A stretch of 43,410 bases of DNA from Perkinsus olseni (taxonomy: Eukaryota). The stretch spans positions 62,001-105,410 of the forward strand of contig JABANN010000044.1 in NCBI GenBank assembly GCA_013115125.1, written 5' to 3'. Made by a program: the position numbers and the translations under genes. The notes below the pieces were generated by a model. It was not told the DNA's origin, made no database searches, and worked only from the letters and a program-made list of their open reading frames with translations. This document shows, one piece after another, positions 1-11,274 of this stretch; positions within the stretch are counted from its first letter, which is position 1, and each line of letters starts with the position of its first letter.

Positions 1-362
1 ACAGCGTACCCGAGCAGGAGCAGTCGGTAAAGATCCACGTGTTGGGCCATGCCTTCTCCAGTCAGGATGACGGTGATGTCGATCGAGCGTCCAGCGGCGT
101 GGCCGGTGAGGGTTCGAACCGACCACCAGCGAGAGAAGCTGACGGTGGTGTAGAAGCCAAAGAGGAGGCCTAGGATGATCGAGAAGACGTTCCAGAGCTT
201 CTCGAGGGAGGCCAAGTGGAGGATGAGATTGTCCGTGAGGGGGGCGTGGACGAAGGTGCCGAGAGCCGTCACGTAGAGGAGGGAGGGGATGATGAAGGCC
301 AACGGGGAGACGGTGGTGGGGCCGGCAGCGGTAGCAGAAAAGGGGTAGGGCAGAGACATCAT
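1..362 (-). CDS. Bestrophin-family anion channel, 5' part (runs off the window start)
   Basis: Manual translation from ATG 362 (or 359) is open to base 1: MMSLPYPFSATAAGPTTVSPLAFIIPSLLYVTALGTFVH...LWNVFSIILGLLFGFYTTVSFSRWWSVRTLTGHAAGRSIDITVILTGEGMAQHVDLYRLLLLGYA. The 'LFGFY...RWW' motif after two hydrophobic segments is the bestrophin signature. Not in the ORF track. Confidence 0.8.
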   Translation of the reverse strand, partial: MMSLPYPFSATAAGPTTVSPLAFIIPSLLYVTALGTFVHAPLTDNLILHLASLEKLWNVFSIILGLLFGFYTTVSFSRWWSVRTLTGHAAGRSIDITVILTGEGMAQHVDLYRLLLLGYA

Positions 363-436
363 AAAAAGGCTGTTGGCCGCCTCCCCCAAATTAATGATAA
401 ACCAATACCACACCATCCTCATCGAAATGTAACACT

Positions 437-497
437 AGAGATGCTGTCCTCCCCTGGCGCGTGACGAGCTTGCCACCAGAGGAATCATTCGCTCTCC
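437..497 (-). promoter_or_regulatory. SECIS element (eukaryotic selenocysteine insertion sequence) in the 3'UTR of the selenoprotein gene
   Basis: Minus strand reads GAGAGC-GA-ATGAT-TCCTCTGGTGGC-AA-GCTCGTCACGC-GCCAGGGGA-GGAC-A-GCATCTC. AUGA core (488-485) faces GA (within GGAC, 449-446). Helix II pairs TCCTCTGGT with GCCAGGGGA (9-10 bp incl. G-U). Unpaired AA (471-470) lies 12 nt after the quartet. Helix I is GAGAGC/GCATCTC. Confidence 0.82.
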
Positions 498-523
498 TCC
501 TGAACAGTTGTGGTTTCCGTCAC

Positions 524-1611
524 CTATCGTCGTCAGCCTCGACTCGGCCCCTTCCTGGTCGGCCTGTACGACGGCAACTCCCCGCCACCACCGCTGCCGC
601 CGTCCCAGAAACCTTTACTCGCCCTGTTCACCGTGTCACCCTTGTGTGGCCGCAGCCCCCTGCCGAACACGAACAGTCCTTCGTTCACGGACAACGCTAC
701 CTCGCTGACCTGTGGGACTCCTCCCTTCGCCGCTCTTCCTCCTTTTCTTTCCACTCATCACTGGCCTTGATACGAGTAGCATCCGCCTCCAGTCGATCGA
801 GGTAGGCCAACCGCTCCTTCGGCGGTTCCTGATGCTCTGGTGCCCCTCCTGACAGAGATGCTGGCAGCCGAGTGGCGCATTTCCTCCCCACTCACCATTC
901 CTCGCCTCAGCCGGTGCGGAAGGTGCGGTAGATCTTCCAGCGAAGTGATGGTATGCCAAGTACCCCACTATACCGCAGAGAATGATACTTATAGGTGATA
1001 TTGAGGGCAGCCACCGGCCACTCTCACGGCTTGGCTTGGACGGCCTCCCTGAAGTCACCAATGGCCATGATGACAGCGGGTGAGGGAAGACCACCGAAAC
1101 CCACCCTCTTCGATCGACTCAGCATCATCACCCTCCTCAGAAACACTTCCCTCCTCGCCAAGCTGACGACAAGTAGATGAAGTCGAAGGTCATTATCATT
1201 GCCGCCTACCTCTGAGGCGAGGCACTCGATACTGTGCATCCCGCTGAGCCTCAGTAGCCGTTGCTCGCCGCCTTGCTGGGGTAGGGGTAATGCCGGCACA
1301 ACCCCTGGCAACAGCCCTACCATCCCAATCGGCCTGGCACCGTCGACCCACCTTCAGGCTTCTCTTCTGCGGCGAGGGAATCCACTGGGACACACTCCGC
1401 TGGTGATGAAGGAGGGTAGTGGAGACAGCGGCCAGGGGGGCACAGGTACTGTACTTGTTGCCCTGATACCGAGAGAATCAGAGTCAGCGCAGCGCCTTGC
1501 GACGTGCGACTGTTCCCCTGTCTTACCCTGGCTAGAGAAGGCGAATTCCTTGCCGAGGCAGCAGCTGGGAGCGCCGGCAAGGACGGCACTCCACACAATA
1601 AGCGCTTTCAT
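524..1611 (-). CDS. SELENOS: Selenoprotein S/K-like ER membrane protein (7 exons, ~262 aa, Sec at UGA 535-533, true stop TAG 526-524)
   Basis: Exons 1611-1527, 1462-1352, 1316-1210, 1162-1105, 1048-896, 848-710, 659-524 all have GT-AG junctions, are phase-consistent and total 789 nt. Product: signal-like N-terminus (MKALIVWSAVLAGAPSCCLG), one TM (ISIILCGIVGYLAY), charged helix (KERLAYLDRLEADATRIKASDEWKEKEEERRREE), and tail GFWDGGSGGGGELPSYRPTRKGPSRG-U-RR*. The tail resembles the SelS C-terminus (GGGACSWRPGRRGPSSGGUG). SECIS lies downstream. Confidence 0.8.
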
Positions 1612-1789
1612 TTTATAAGAGTTGAAAACTAATCGCCAAGAACGAGTGCAGCGCGTCACAGATCCCCCAGCTCAGACGCGGCTTTCAGAGCATAGGCGAA
1701 TGGCGGTGTTCCTGCTGGACCTGCCCCCCTCCCGCTCCCACACAACGCCCCCTCTCCGCGGAAAAGTCTGCTGCATTACACTTACGTGT

Positions 1790-4700
1790 CTAATTGAAAT
1801 CCCCGAGTGATTTCCCAGCCCGAAGCTCCATCGTGCCGGGTTTAAACAGCATCTTCATTTCCTCCAAAGTCAAGCTTCGACCTTCGTCCTTCTGCAGGGC
1901 GGCCGCGTCGCTTGCGTCGAAGGCCATATTAGTGAGCCGACTCTTGCCAGCTTGAAGACTCATGATTCGCTGGTCGATAGAGTCGCGTACGACGAAGCGA
2001 TAGATCCTGACGGTGTGTTGCTGGCCCAGCCGATGCACTCTCATCATGGCCTGCTCCTCCACAGCCGGGTTCCACCAAAGGTCGAGCAGGTAGAGGGTCC
2101 GACCGGCGGTGAGGTTGAGGCCGACACCGCCAGCTCGTAAAGATACCAGCAACACTTTCCCTTGTGTCGCGCTGTCCCCCTCATCCTCTGGCTCCGATAC
2201 CTCAACATCATCACAGGCGTCCAGATGGTTAGGCAACACCGGGGCGAAGTCCTTCTGGGGGCTCCTGTGGTAGAACCATGCCACGTTGTTCTGCCGTTCA
2301 TTCTGATTCTGCTTGCCCGTGATGAGCCTGTAAGGGACTTGGTTGACGTCAAGCATGTGCGATATCATCCACAAGTAGGAAGTCCATTGAGAGAACACCA
2401 CCACGTTCCACCCACGACGAACGTCCCTCTTCACATACCGCAACAACTTCATCATCTTCGAACTCAAACGGAATTTGTATTCCACCCCTCGCTCCTCCTC
2501 GTTGGTGGCCTGCTCATCGTCCGACTGCGTAACAGCATTGACCATCGCCTGCGTTGGTATGACCTGCAGGGACTCCACCGAGACCGGGGCCCGGCATACA
2601 GGACAAGAGCCGGCCCGCTTGATGCAAGCATTGGCGCATGGCTGACACATCGTGTGACCACACACCGTCAGGACAGGTTGCTTCTTCGCGTTATCGCTGG
2701 TGAGAGCTTCCAGACAGATGACGCATTCCGGCAAGGACTCGGATATTTTCAAGTCATCTATGACCTTCTTCAGGTAGTCCTTCCGGTGAGGAGACGTATC
2801 CTTCGGGCCACCCATGAGTCGATCATAGAGCTCGTCAAGATTCTCCGCCATACCGGAATCATCTTCCGGGCGAGCGCTATTATCTTCATCATCTACCGGC
2901 ACTTTGCCCATGACCTGTCCAGAGAAAAGAGTTTAGATGCGGAGACGAAGCGATAACATAAATAGAGCACTAGATTGATGCATTGAGACCTTCTTCTCTG
3001 ATGACGTGTTACCGTCCCAAGAGCATCATCAACCTCCGCGGCTGAGGCCTCACCTTGGCGAGTCTCGGTGGTAGACAGAGTATCGGGTGGCAGAGGGCCT
3101 GGCGGAGCCTCAGGATAAGGTTGAGTATCTATCAGTTACATGACTACTGAACGACTGCTGCCCACCTTCATCCTGTGTAGAGTCTCCGAGCGTTCGATGA
3201 AGCTGTTGAATTCGAGGTGACTCCGCCAGAAAAGATGGGTATAAATCTCCTCTTCCTCAGCGGCAAGAGGAATCTCCAGGGTGTGTACCAACTGACACAC
3301 AGAAGATAGTTTCTCTTTTTCCGATTCCAAAATTGATGGCTAGAGGTGCCAGAAAACACGCTCGTGAAGTGCCATCGGTGGTCCAACCTTGTCCGGCATC
3401 TGCACTAATGGTTGTCCATTAGAATCTTTGGTCTCCTTAGTTCTCCTAATCATTATGCGAGATAGCATGTTGTGCAACGCCGCGCGGCCGGCTTGATCTC
3501 CCTCCTTCACGGGGTCAACTATATGCCTCTTGAAGAAGGCGAACGACGACCACGGCTCGACGTGGAGGAACTGATGAGGAAAAGACATTGCCTTCTTAAT
3601 ACGTACCACGGGTGGAGGCTAGCCATCGGAATTCCCTCAACGCGGGACTTCACCAGGACAGTGAACAGTTCCTACCTGTATTATCGGGAAGAGGTCTTCT
3701 AGAGTGTTCTGTACAGGAGTGCCTGCAGGCAACAGCTAACCCAAGCATATCGAAAAGTGAGCTCACCCGACAAGCACCAGAGACGATCTCCATGCAGGCA
3801 CGTCCGCACTACTCGCGATATCGCCGTTACCCGGGACTTGATCAGATGACACTCATCTAGTACTACACGTCGCCATCGAATGTGCTGAGTGATGGACGAT
3901 ATACCAAGAGGGCAGGCACGTCGCGGAAGGGACTGCTTACTTTCATGATGTCGGGCCCATCACGGGTAACTACTCCGTAGGTGGTCATCACCAGGCCGGC
4001 CCTGTCCGCGGCTGCAACGAGCTCCTCGGGACTTCGCACTCTCTCGTTGCCGTAATACTGGAAGGGTTTACCTGTAGATTATCAATGGCCATCGAAAAAG
4101 AACTCCCAAAGTGCTCACATACATTAAAATGCAGTCAAAACGAGGACTAAAGAGGAGTAAGAACTCGAGAGACATAAGAATAGAGACATTCTGCATAGTA
4201 CACGAGAAAGCTACGAGATATCGTCAGGCTGACGGCGTCAGCATTAGCATGTCAGTTTCGCCAGGGAAACAGGCAATTCTCATGTAGTTGTGGGTATCAG
4301 CCTGCCACCAGCATTAGTCCCCACCCGATCCAAAATAGGGCCCTGGGTTGACCAGGGTGTAGTCAACATCGATACTGCTAGTGCGGTGTAATGCAAAGTG
4401 GACGGGAGCCGCGGCATCGCCTCGAGCCGTGCATATCCGGTATGATCGATTAGAATACCGAATTCAGTCTGCAGCCTTGTAGACCGCAGTTCCTGCACCT
4501 AACTACTGTCGCTGAGCAATTTCGACCCACCTCTCTGTGCTTCCTTCCCAGCGAGTGCAAGCCTCTGTTGCTTTGCTGTGGATTCACGCTGGGCAATTGC
4601 CGGTGATGTGTCCGGGATTGGTGCATTGGTAGCAGATGCTCTTGCCCGAAGGCTCGCTCACACGGTTCGAGGCGGTGTTTCATTAGTTCATCGACCTTTT

Positions 4701-7633
4701 CAAACCTCGGGCCTCGGTCCACAGCCGGCGTAGCACCGAGTGCCATGGAGGGCCATACCCCCAGGAGGCTGCGAGGCTATCCTCTGAGGGTAATTCTCAG
4801 GTGGGCTCCTGTAGAATATGCATTCAGCTGGCTCTTCTCAAATTGACCGATGCATCAGGCGGGGTTTTATCGACATAAAGCCATTATCCATTCAGTTGCA
4901 ACCTACTGTCAAAAATCTCGACGCAGAATACGAGTAGTTCCCGCACGCTGGGTGGCTCCAAAGGGTCGCCCCGACGTTGCAGATTACAGGAAGCAGTTGC
5001 TGCTGCTCCGCCCGCCAGAAACCAGACCCTATTGTATACTGGATGACGAAGCAATAACAGCAAGTGTCCTCGCTTCCTCCCGAGGACTCAGGTAGGACAT
5101 GTTTCACGGCACAACGGGATGGTACGAGTACCATCATGGGACTTCTGCTAATACAAACCTTATATTCTACAGAGACTAGCTCAGATGATTTTTGCCGAGC
5201 GGCTACTAAAATTTCGAGTCTGAGCACGATCCGTACCGCATCGTAAAGACTCCCACGATGCAGCTCACCTTACCAAATGTCCTCGAGTCTCCCATATGCT
5301 CCACCGCTTCACTCTGCCATTGATTCAATAGCGAGAGAGGGACAACGATGAGGGTGGCCTTGGTGCTCAGCCGACAGGGACTCGAAGTTTCCTGAGAAGA
5401 TCTTCGGACGAATCCTTGGACGTGATGTGATGACGACGGCTGCGGTCGGACGAGCGAAGATGTCAATTGTAGGCTAGCTTGCAGAGCTAGCCGCCCACCT
5501 TTCCAGAGACTTTGGGTTGTAGTTCCACACCCTGATCTAGCAGCCACCGATCCGTCGCGATAAGTGATAGGGCCATTATGGTCTTCCCGAGCCCCATCTC
5601 ATCAGCTAGTATCCCACCCAGGCAATCCGGCGCTGCGCCAGGAAATTCCACAGAAGCCTCTGCTCTTGATGCATGCAGATATAGCCTGGCATTGGGTGGA
5701 CTGGAAACTGATCCTAGTGACATGTCTCTAAGGCCCTACTTCGTGTTAGGATCTTTGGTCGGAAACTCAGCCCAGGAAGGATGCAGTGTGACTTCCGACT
5801 TCTCAACCTCAGCGCTCTCATGCGCATCTACAGTGTGACGGCTGGCGCGAGTGGCGAAGGCTCCAACATACCGACTGCATCCGCATACAGGGCGATCGCT
5901 TCCTCAGGAAGGCCGCCACACTCTGCTGGCCACTCTCGCTTCATCATCCATCCCAGAGCTTGTGCCTGCCAACGACAAGGTTACGCTTACCGCCAGAGAC
6001 CATTTCCTACTTGGTAGGGTTTCAGCTCACACGCCATCACTCCTGATGGAGGGTACATCCCCGGTAAATTCAATCGTGCCAAGTACTCAGTTGAGCCATC
6101 TCTAGCCTTGAGAACCTTTAAAGGCATGAGGATAGTCTTACAACCCCATTGCGTTCTTATCAGAAGCGCAACTATCACTCTGGGCCATTGACGATTTCCC
6201 TCGCCAAGATGACACAGGCGAGCTTACTTCCTGCATTTGAGCGGACATCTCGCCCTCTGCCTCATCAACCTCCTCATCCTCAGTCCCTTCCCCGGAAGGT
6301 GACGCCAACGACTCCGTCTCAGGTGACGACACGGCCTTAGCGTCACCTATGTTCCAACTCGCCTGACAATAACGACAACATGTACCATCCCCACCGTCTC
6401 CCAAGGCCTTACAGCTTTCGTTGGCATCAAGTCAAGACATTCCCCATCGGTGAGCAGCGACCACCAGCAGTCTCTTAGCTTATCATAGACGCCCTCCTGG
6501 TCAGCTGCCACTTCGAAATATCTCGCGAGATGCCTCCTATCGGTAGTAGCCTTCAGCCCGTGACTATCCACCATGACCGTCAAGGTGATGGGTATGTTGT
6601 CGCCCATCCGTACAGGGCCGCCGATGACCCCAGCATACGCTGCCAGGGCGCCTACTCTAGCTGTCACTGATAGCCCCAGATCCAGCATCACCAAGGGTGA
6701 TAGAACTTGCGCGATCGACCCAGGCAAATTTCCAACCTCATTGCTGGGAGGACTCAGCTGAGGCTGGCTGAGACGGGCTATGGCAGTCCCTCGAAGCACC
6801 CGGTCCCCGAGATTCACCGTCTTCCTTCTGCCACCGGTTCGTCGGACTCCTTTCGGCTCCTTGAAAGTGCACGTCAAATTTAATGCCTTGCCGGGCTTCA
6901 TTCTATTCTCGTCCGCCGACATCGGCCGGGTGCACATACAGAAAGTATTGATTTCTCCCAATACAATCCCTGTGCTCTTCAGCTCCGATGAAAGATTCTC
7001 TCCAGAGTTTCCGCTCGAAACGGGACTGCGTGGGCTGGATGCCTCGCCCCTCATCCACCTCAGTAGATCCACGGGTTTACGCTCACGACTACTGCTGGAC
7101 GATTCGAAAAAATTCTTCCCGCTTTTCCGCTCCGCTGACTGCCGGCTCCGTGAATTCGGCTCTGATATTCTCCGAATACTCTCCGAGCCACTGTGACGCG
7201 CTCTCATCACATACTGCGCAACCTTCTCGGAATCGATCTGATCGACAACTTGGAGACTCCACCGGGCTCTCGCTAGTGAGGACCGCAATGCTATCACAAA
7301 ATAGTGGCCTTGCGAGTAAGTTCGATTGTCGAATTCTGACATCTATGCTCATAACGAGTTAAGAGCTAGAGGTGTCAGAAAATTTATCTTGAGCAATGGC
7401 TTGACGCAGGACGTATCACACCTGCCACACCTCACCTGGGCGAAATATAAGTCAACTGCCTTTTCCAGGTTGCCCTTGGCGGCGCTGAGTAAGTCTTGTA
7501 GTCTCTCCTCAGTTGGAGTGTTGCCGACCAGACTTCTAAACATCGCTATAGTCTCCGAGTCCACACCACCCGCTACACGGAGCCGCTTAGTTGGGGGCTG
7601 GGATGATGATGAGGAGGAGGAGGAAGAGCTCAT
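1790..7633 (-). CDS. RAD5: RAD5/HLTF-type SNF2 helicase-RING E3 ligase (multi-exon)
   Basis: N-terminal UBA/CUE-like segment (LLSAAKGNLEKAVDLYF), HIRAN-like region (EVGNLPGSIAQVLSPLV), SNF2 motif I GGILADEMGLGKT, motif Ia TLIVVPLSLLNQW, IMIRRTK, C3HC4 RING (CVIC...CGHTMCQPC...CPVCR), and helicase-C motifs VVFSQW, LLVSLRAGGVGLNLT, DLWWNPAVEEQAMMRVHRLGQ. Confidence 0.92.
4072..5273 (-). mobile_element. Oversized 1.2-kb RAD5 intron carrying an eroded retroelement gag (zinc-knuckle) fragment
   Basis: Donor GTAAGG at 5273 and acceptor CAG at 4074-4072 join in frame (..SRTF-G-KPFQYYG..). Inside is CYQCTNPGHITGNC (CX2CX4HX4C, 4634-4593), flanked by stops, plus a second degenerate knuckle CRNCGLQG near 4497. 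Confidence 0.65.
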
Positions 7634-7773
7634 GGCACACGCTGCCTCGCTCGAGTATATAAACTACCCCGCAGCCCTGTGACAAGCCCCAAGCGCTGAA
7701 CTCGGCAACATCAGAGCCTATCTCCGACCGAAACATGTTGTATCATTACCGCTTACGGAAGAGTATCATGAAC

Positions 7774-8188
7774 TCAAACATGGTGAGAGCTCCCACCATG
7801 ATCGATCCTTGCACAATGTTGCCACTTTGCCCCCTTAGTGTTCGGTACCGTACGCACTGGACGAGGGCCGTCCCTAGTCCCCCGAAGACGCCTGAGATCG
7901 TTCAGTTGCGCCGCCCTACGGCATGCGACCTCCCAAGGTACTACATCCGCCAGCAAACCATTTAGTCCATCTCTTGTAGCGTTCCCTCCTAGCGAATCCC
8001 ATCCGAGGGCCCGTTCCACCCCGTCCTAGTGCTGCCTCCTCCTTCTCCCACATGCCCTCCGGCAGCTTGTAGCCTGCCGATTGCTCATAAAACGGCATAA
8101 TACTAAAAGGAAGATCATCGTCATTGTTGAAGCAGTCGCCTTCGACTGCAGGGGCCCGCCTTGAACAGCGGCGTTGTCGTTGCTCGTA
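7774..8188 (-). CDS. 3' exons of a hypothetical gene; 5' end unresolved (possible further exons to ~9070)
   Basis: Spliceable frames ...GDCFNNDDDLPFSIMPFYEQSAGYKLPEGMWEKEEAALGR / GGNATRDGLNGLLADVVPWEVACRR...HHV*. Another AG/GT-bounded mini-exon (LLLEEDFPGLT) sits near 8955-8989. No family recognised. Confidence 0.35.
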
Positions 8189-9121
8189 CTATCAAATACT
8201 TGTTACTCAGAGCTCCTCGAGGAAGTTCCTCGAAGTAACGATCTTTTACGTGAGCCCATACGACTTCGCTCTACCGTAAAGTGCTCACGGGAAGTACCCG
8301 GCGTTATTAATATTACATGGGGCTTGGCTGAAGCGCGAGCATGCTCTACGCACGGCAAGACCGTTGGTTGTTAATCATGACTAATGAGCAATCACCCTGC
8401 GCATCACCCCGGAGAACTACAAGTACGGCATGCGTATGGCCAAACTAGGATGCCCTCAATGGACTAATTACGATAATTTCCCGGCCACAACTCTCCTAAC
8501 CGATTCGGCTTTCCCATACAACACGAGGGCACCACAATCTGTGCAGCACGCATGCACATGCCCAGGTTTGATGATATGTCCCTGGACCCTTGCTGAACTC
8601 AACCAAACCAAGACATTATTCTTCTGAAATTTTCAGACTAAAAATCGGGCGCAACTTCCGATAAAAAGAAAATTATACTGAACCCACCAAAGAAAATTGC
8701 CCGGAGAGCATTCGAAAAGGATATCTGCCGAGCAAGTGCGAGCCAGAGGCATCGCTACGGTGCAATTCTGGTGCCTTTTTTCGAATGGGATTGAAATTTC
8801 AGCCCACAGTATGCAGGCCGATACCAGATTTTCGACAACTCGTCTTAATCTCGTCGATCTCCCCTCGAAACTCTCCAAGATCGAGAAGTCGAGACCCTCT
8901 CGCGTTCTCGGGTCGCGATAGGTGTGCCGCGTCGTGGTGACCGCGAGGAGTACCCAGTCAAACCGGGGAAGTCTTCTTCCAGAAGCAACCTAAACGTGCG
9001 AAGAAACTTCATAACATCGAGTTGATTTTGTCCATTGCACATAACCTTACCAAAGTCCCTTTGGCGCTGGCTGAGCGGCTCTCAATGAGAGTCGGGGGCC
9101 TGGGGGCCTGGTCACCAGGCC

Positions 9122-9172
9122 CTCTCACTTCTGTGTAGGCACCAGGCCCTGGTGCCTACACAGAAGTGAGAG
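9122..9172. repeat. Perfect 25-bp inverted repeat with 1-nt spacer
   Basis: CTCTCACTTCTGTGTAGGCACCAGG-C-CCTGGTGCCTACACAGAAGTGAGAG. Confidence 0.97.
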
Positions 9173-9720
9173 CGGCGGATAGAACCTAGTGTTCAGGTTA
9201 TCAGTCAACGGAACTATGGCGTGTTAGGCATTCGCGGTGACAGCCCTCGGTTGCTGCTACAGTAGTTCAAAATCATAATTGTTGACCAGATAACCCACCG
9301 GGAAACTCCAAGGGCTCGAACCTGGAGTCTCGCTTCCGGCCTTCTGCAATTTTCCGGTCTCGATGATAACGAAACTCATTCAATGCGCAGGAGTTGTCCA
9401 TGGAACCTGAATCAGAGCCCGCTTAGTCCACTAAGCCTCAGTGGACTTCTCATACTTGAAGACCATCTAATACAGCGGTGCGCACGTGAAACATACTGTC
9501 AGTGCTAGGCCAGTCAGGCGAGTCAGATGTTTCTGTTATTCATTGCATCGCTGAGTGATGGACTTGAAGCATCGAACCGATGCCTGCCTTTCTTCCGATA
9601 ACTAAACACTTGTCCGCAGAAACGAAGCCACAGCTCAAGCTGGGCTGGAGACCTTAGTGGCTAGGTCTGGCAATAACAGGCCAATACTCAGTGAGAATTT
9701 GTGAACAAAGAACAAATAAA

Positions 9721-11274
9721 TTATTTCACTGGTTGATACGTATAAAACCTCAATAAAAGCACAGATACAACGAACAAAGCGATGCATCCGCTCAGCCACA
9801 GAAACGCCTCATCTAGCGGCCCGCCTAGCTGGCATGGGTACAGTGGATGGTCGAGAAGTCGAGAGCCACATATCGTGTTCGTTAAGGCACTGTACGCAGC
9901 GAAGCACATGGCGAAAGTGATACGAAGGCACCATCGTCCAGACCCATTAGGCTCCCAACTAGTAGCAAGCTTGTGTCCTACGAGTAACATGGAGGGCGCA
10001 CGGAGAGCCATCATCATGTGTGGAATGATCGAAGAGCGGAAGGTCCATAGCCTTGCGAGCACATGACTGGGCACAGAGTAATGGGGAGGACTACTTGACG
10101 GAGTCCCGGGTAAACAACTAGCATTGCTGAACCCAGGCACCACCGTGGGTTGCAAAGGGATCAAAGGCATAATATGACGGCCAATATTGAGCATAGAATA
10201 TAGAGTAGTTGCAACAGCTAGAATTGTATAGGGTGCGCATATGAGTCGAAGAGACGACCTGCAGAACAACCAGCTTGGGATCTGATCCTCGCTGCCTTCA
10301 CCTAACCATAGGCCTCTCACGACTTCCGCGAATCTTGCTTCCGAGCCGTACATGCCAGTGATGCGCTGCTTCAGGGTGTTGTGGTCCGCTGATGATGAGC
10401 ACTTTGATCGGCGAACGCTGAAGCTCTTGACTCCGGAACAAGACTTCTGCCAGTCCTCACCGCAACGGAAGGCTCCCAGCCCTATCGAGAAAGCTGATGC
10501 CAGCCCTAAGGCATACCCGGACAACATGTTTAGCTCGTCACTATCGAAGATACACCTCTCCAGGCGCTGAGTGAGAATACCCAACCACTGCAAGAGCATC
10601 AGCGATACGCAGAGCTTGAGGTGGTTCATGTTAACCAAGATAACATCTTCCTTCTTGTGAGTCCGCAGGAAGACGGCCAACTCGTAGACACACCAGAGGC
10701 GATCGAGGTAATCAGGAGACCAGAGTATCAATAACTTGTTCGATACATGAAGATAGTCTGCTAGCCTGGATATACCATAGGACTTGGCAATGGGGTCATT
10801 CTGTGGTATACAACATTTATCGAGAAATACCATCGTGTTACGATGCTTATATAACGGGATAATGATAAGAGCGAGTAGGAATGATACAAAACCGAAGAGG
10901 AGCACAATTATTTCGAAACGCAGTTGACAAAGCTCTGCGGAGCAGAACAGGTAGGCTCCCAATAGAGAAGATATCAACATCACCGCGTAAGTCGCTGGAC
11001 TACCGCAACAGATGAAGAGAGATATCTGTTTCCAAAAGCCACCCGTTGCCCACGAATGGCTCAAGAAAATGTCGATCGACTTGACCGGAGCCGATGCAGC
11101 GTGTGCATTGACGTGACTCTCGGCATTACGAAGGAAGGATGCATCTCGCAAGATAGTGGATAAGGGACAACCTTGTAGGCGAGCATCAATCAATCCCACC
11201 CGGGAACTCGACGACGATGGCCTTCGACCGTCGATAGCGGAACGCGTAGACATTTGTGAGCCAATATCCAGCAT
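9721..11274 (-). CDS. Intronless multi-pass membrane protein with a split TIR-like domain
   Basis: Single long ORF, open to 11406, first ATG at 11274. TIR-type motifs DIFLSHSW, VFLDKCCIPQ and LLILWSPDYLDRLWCVYELAVF. Two hydrophobic helices lie between the first two motifs, with several more C-terminal. Confidence 0.78.
   Translation of the reverse strand: MLDIGSQMSTRSAIDGRRPSSSSSRVGLIDARLQGCPLSTILRDASFLRNAESHVNAHAASAPVKSIDIFLSHSWATGGFWKQISLFICCGSPATYAVMLISSLLGAYLFCSAELCQLRFEIIVLLFGFVSFLLALIIIPLYKHRNTMVFLDKCCIPQNDPIAKSYGISRLADYLHVSNKLLILWSPDYLDRLWCVYELAVFLRTHKKEDVILVNMNHLKLCVSLMLLQWLGILTQRLERCIFDSDELNMLSGYALGLASAFSIGLGAFRCGEDWQKSCSGVKSFSVRRSKCSSSADHNTLKQRITGMYGSEARFAEVVRGLWLGEGSEDQIPSWLFCRSSLRLICAPYTILAVATTLYSMLNIGRHIMPLIPLQPTVVPGFSNASCLPGTPSSSPPHYSVPSHVLARLWTFRSSIIPHMMMALRAPSMLLVGHKLATSWEPNGSGRWCLRITFAMCFAAYSALTNTICGSRLLDHPLYPCQLGGPLDEAFLWLSGCIALFVVSVLLLRFYTYQPVK

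Noticed and set aside
533-754. ORF-track 73-aa ORF ending at TGA 533
   Set aside because: It is the last exon of the spliced gene plus upstream non-coding-frame sequence; the TGA is better explained as Sec.
2162-2956. 264-aa plus-strand ORF (and similar ORFs at 6780-7196 and 15452-16036)
   Set aside because: Antisense shadows of RAD5 and FIG4 exons with no independent motifs.
11056-11065. TGGCTCAAG as a spliced-leader relic
   Set aside because: It lies antisense within coding sequence (FLSH) and the rest of the SL is absent.
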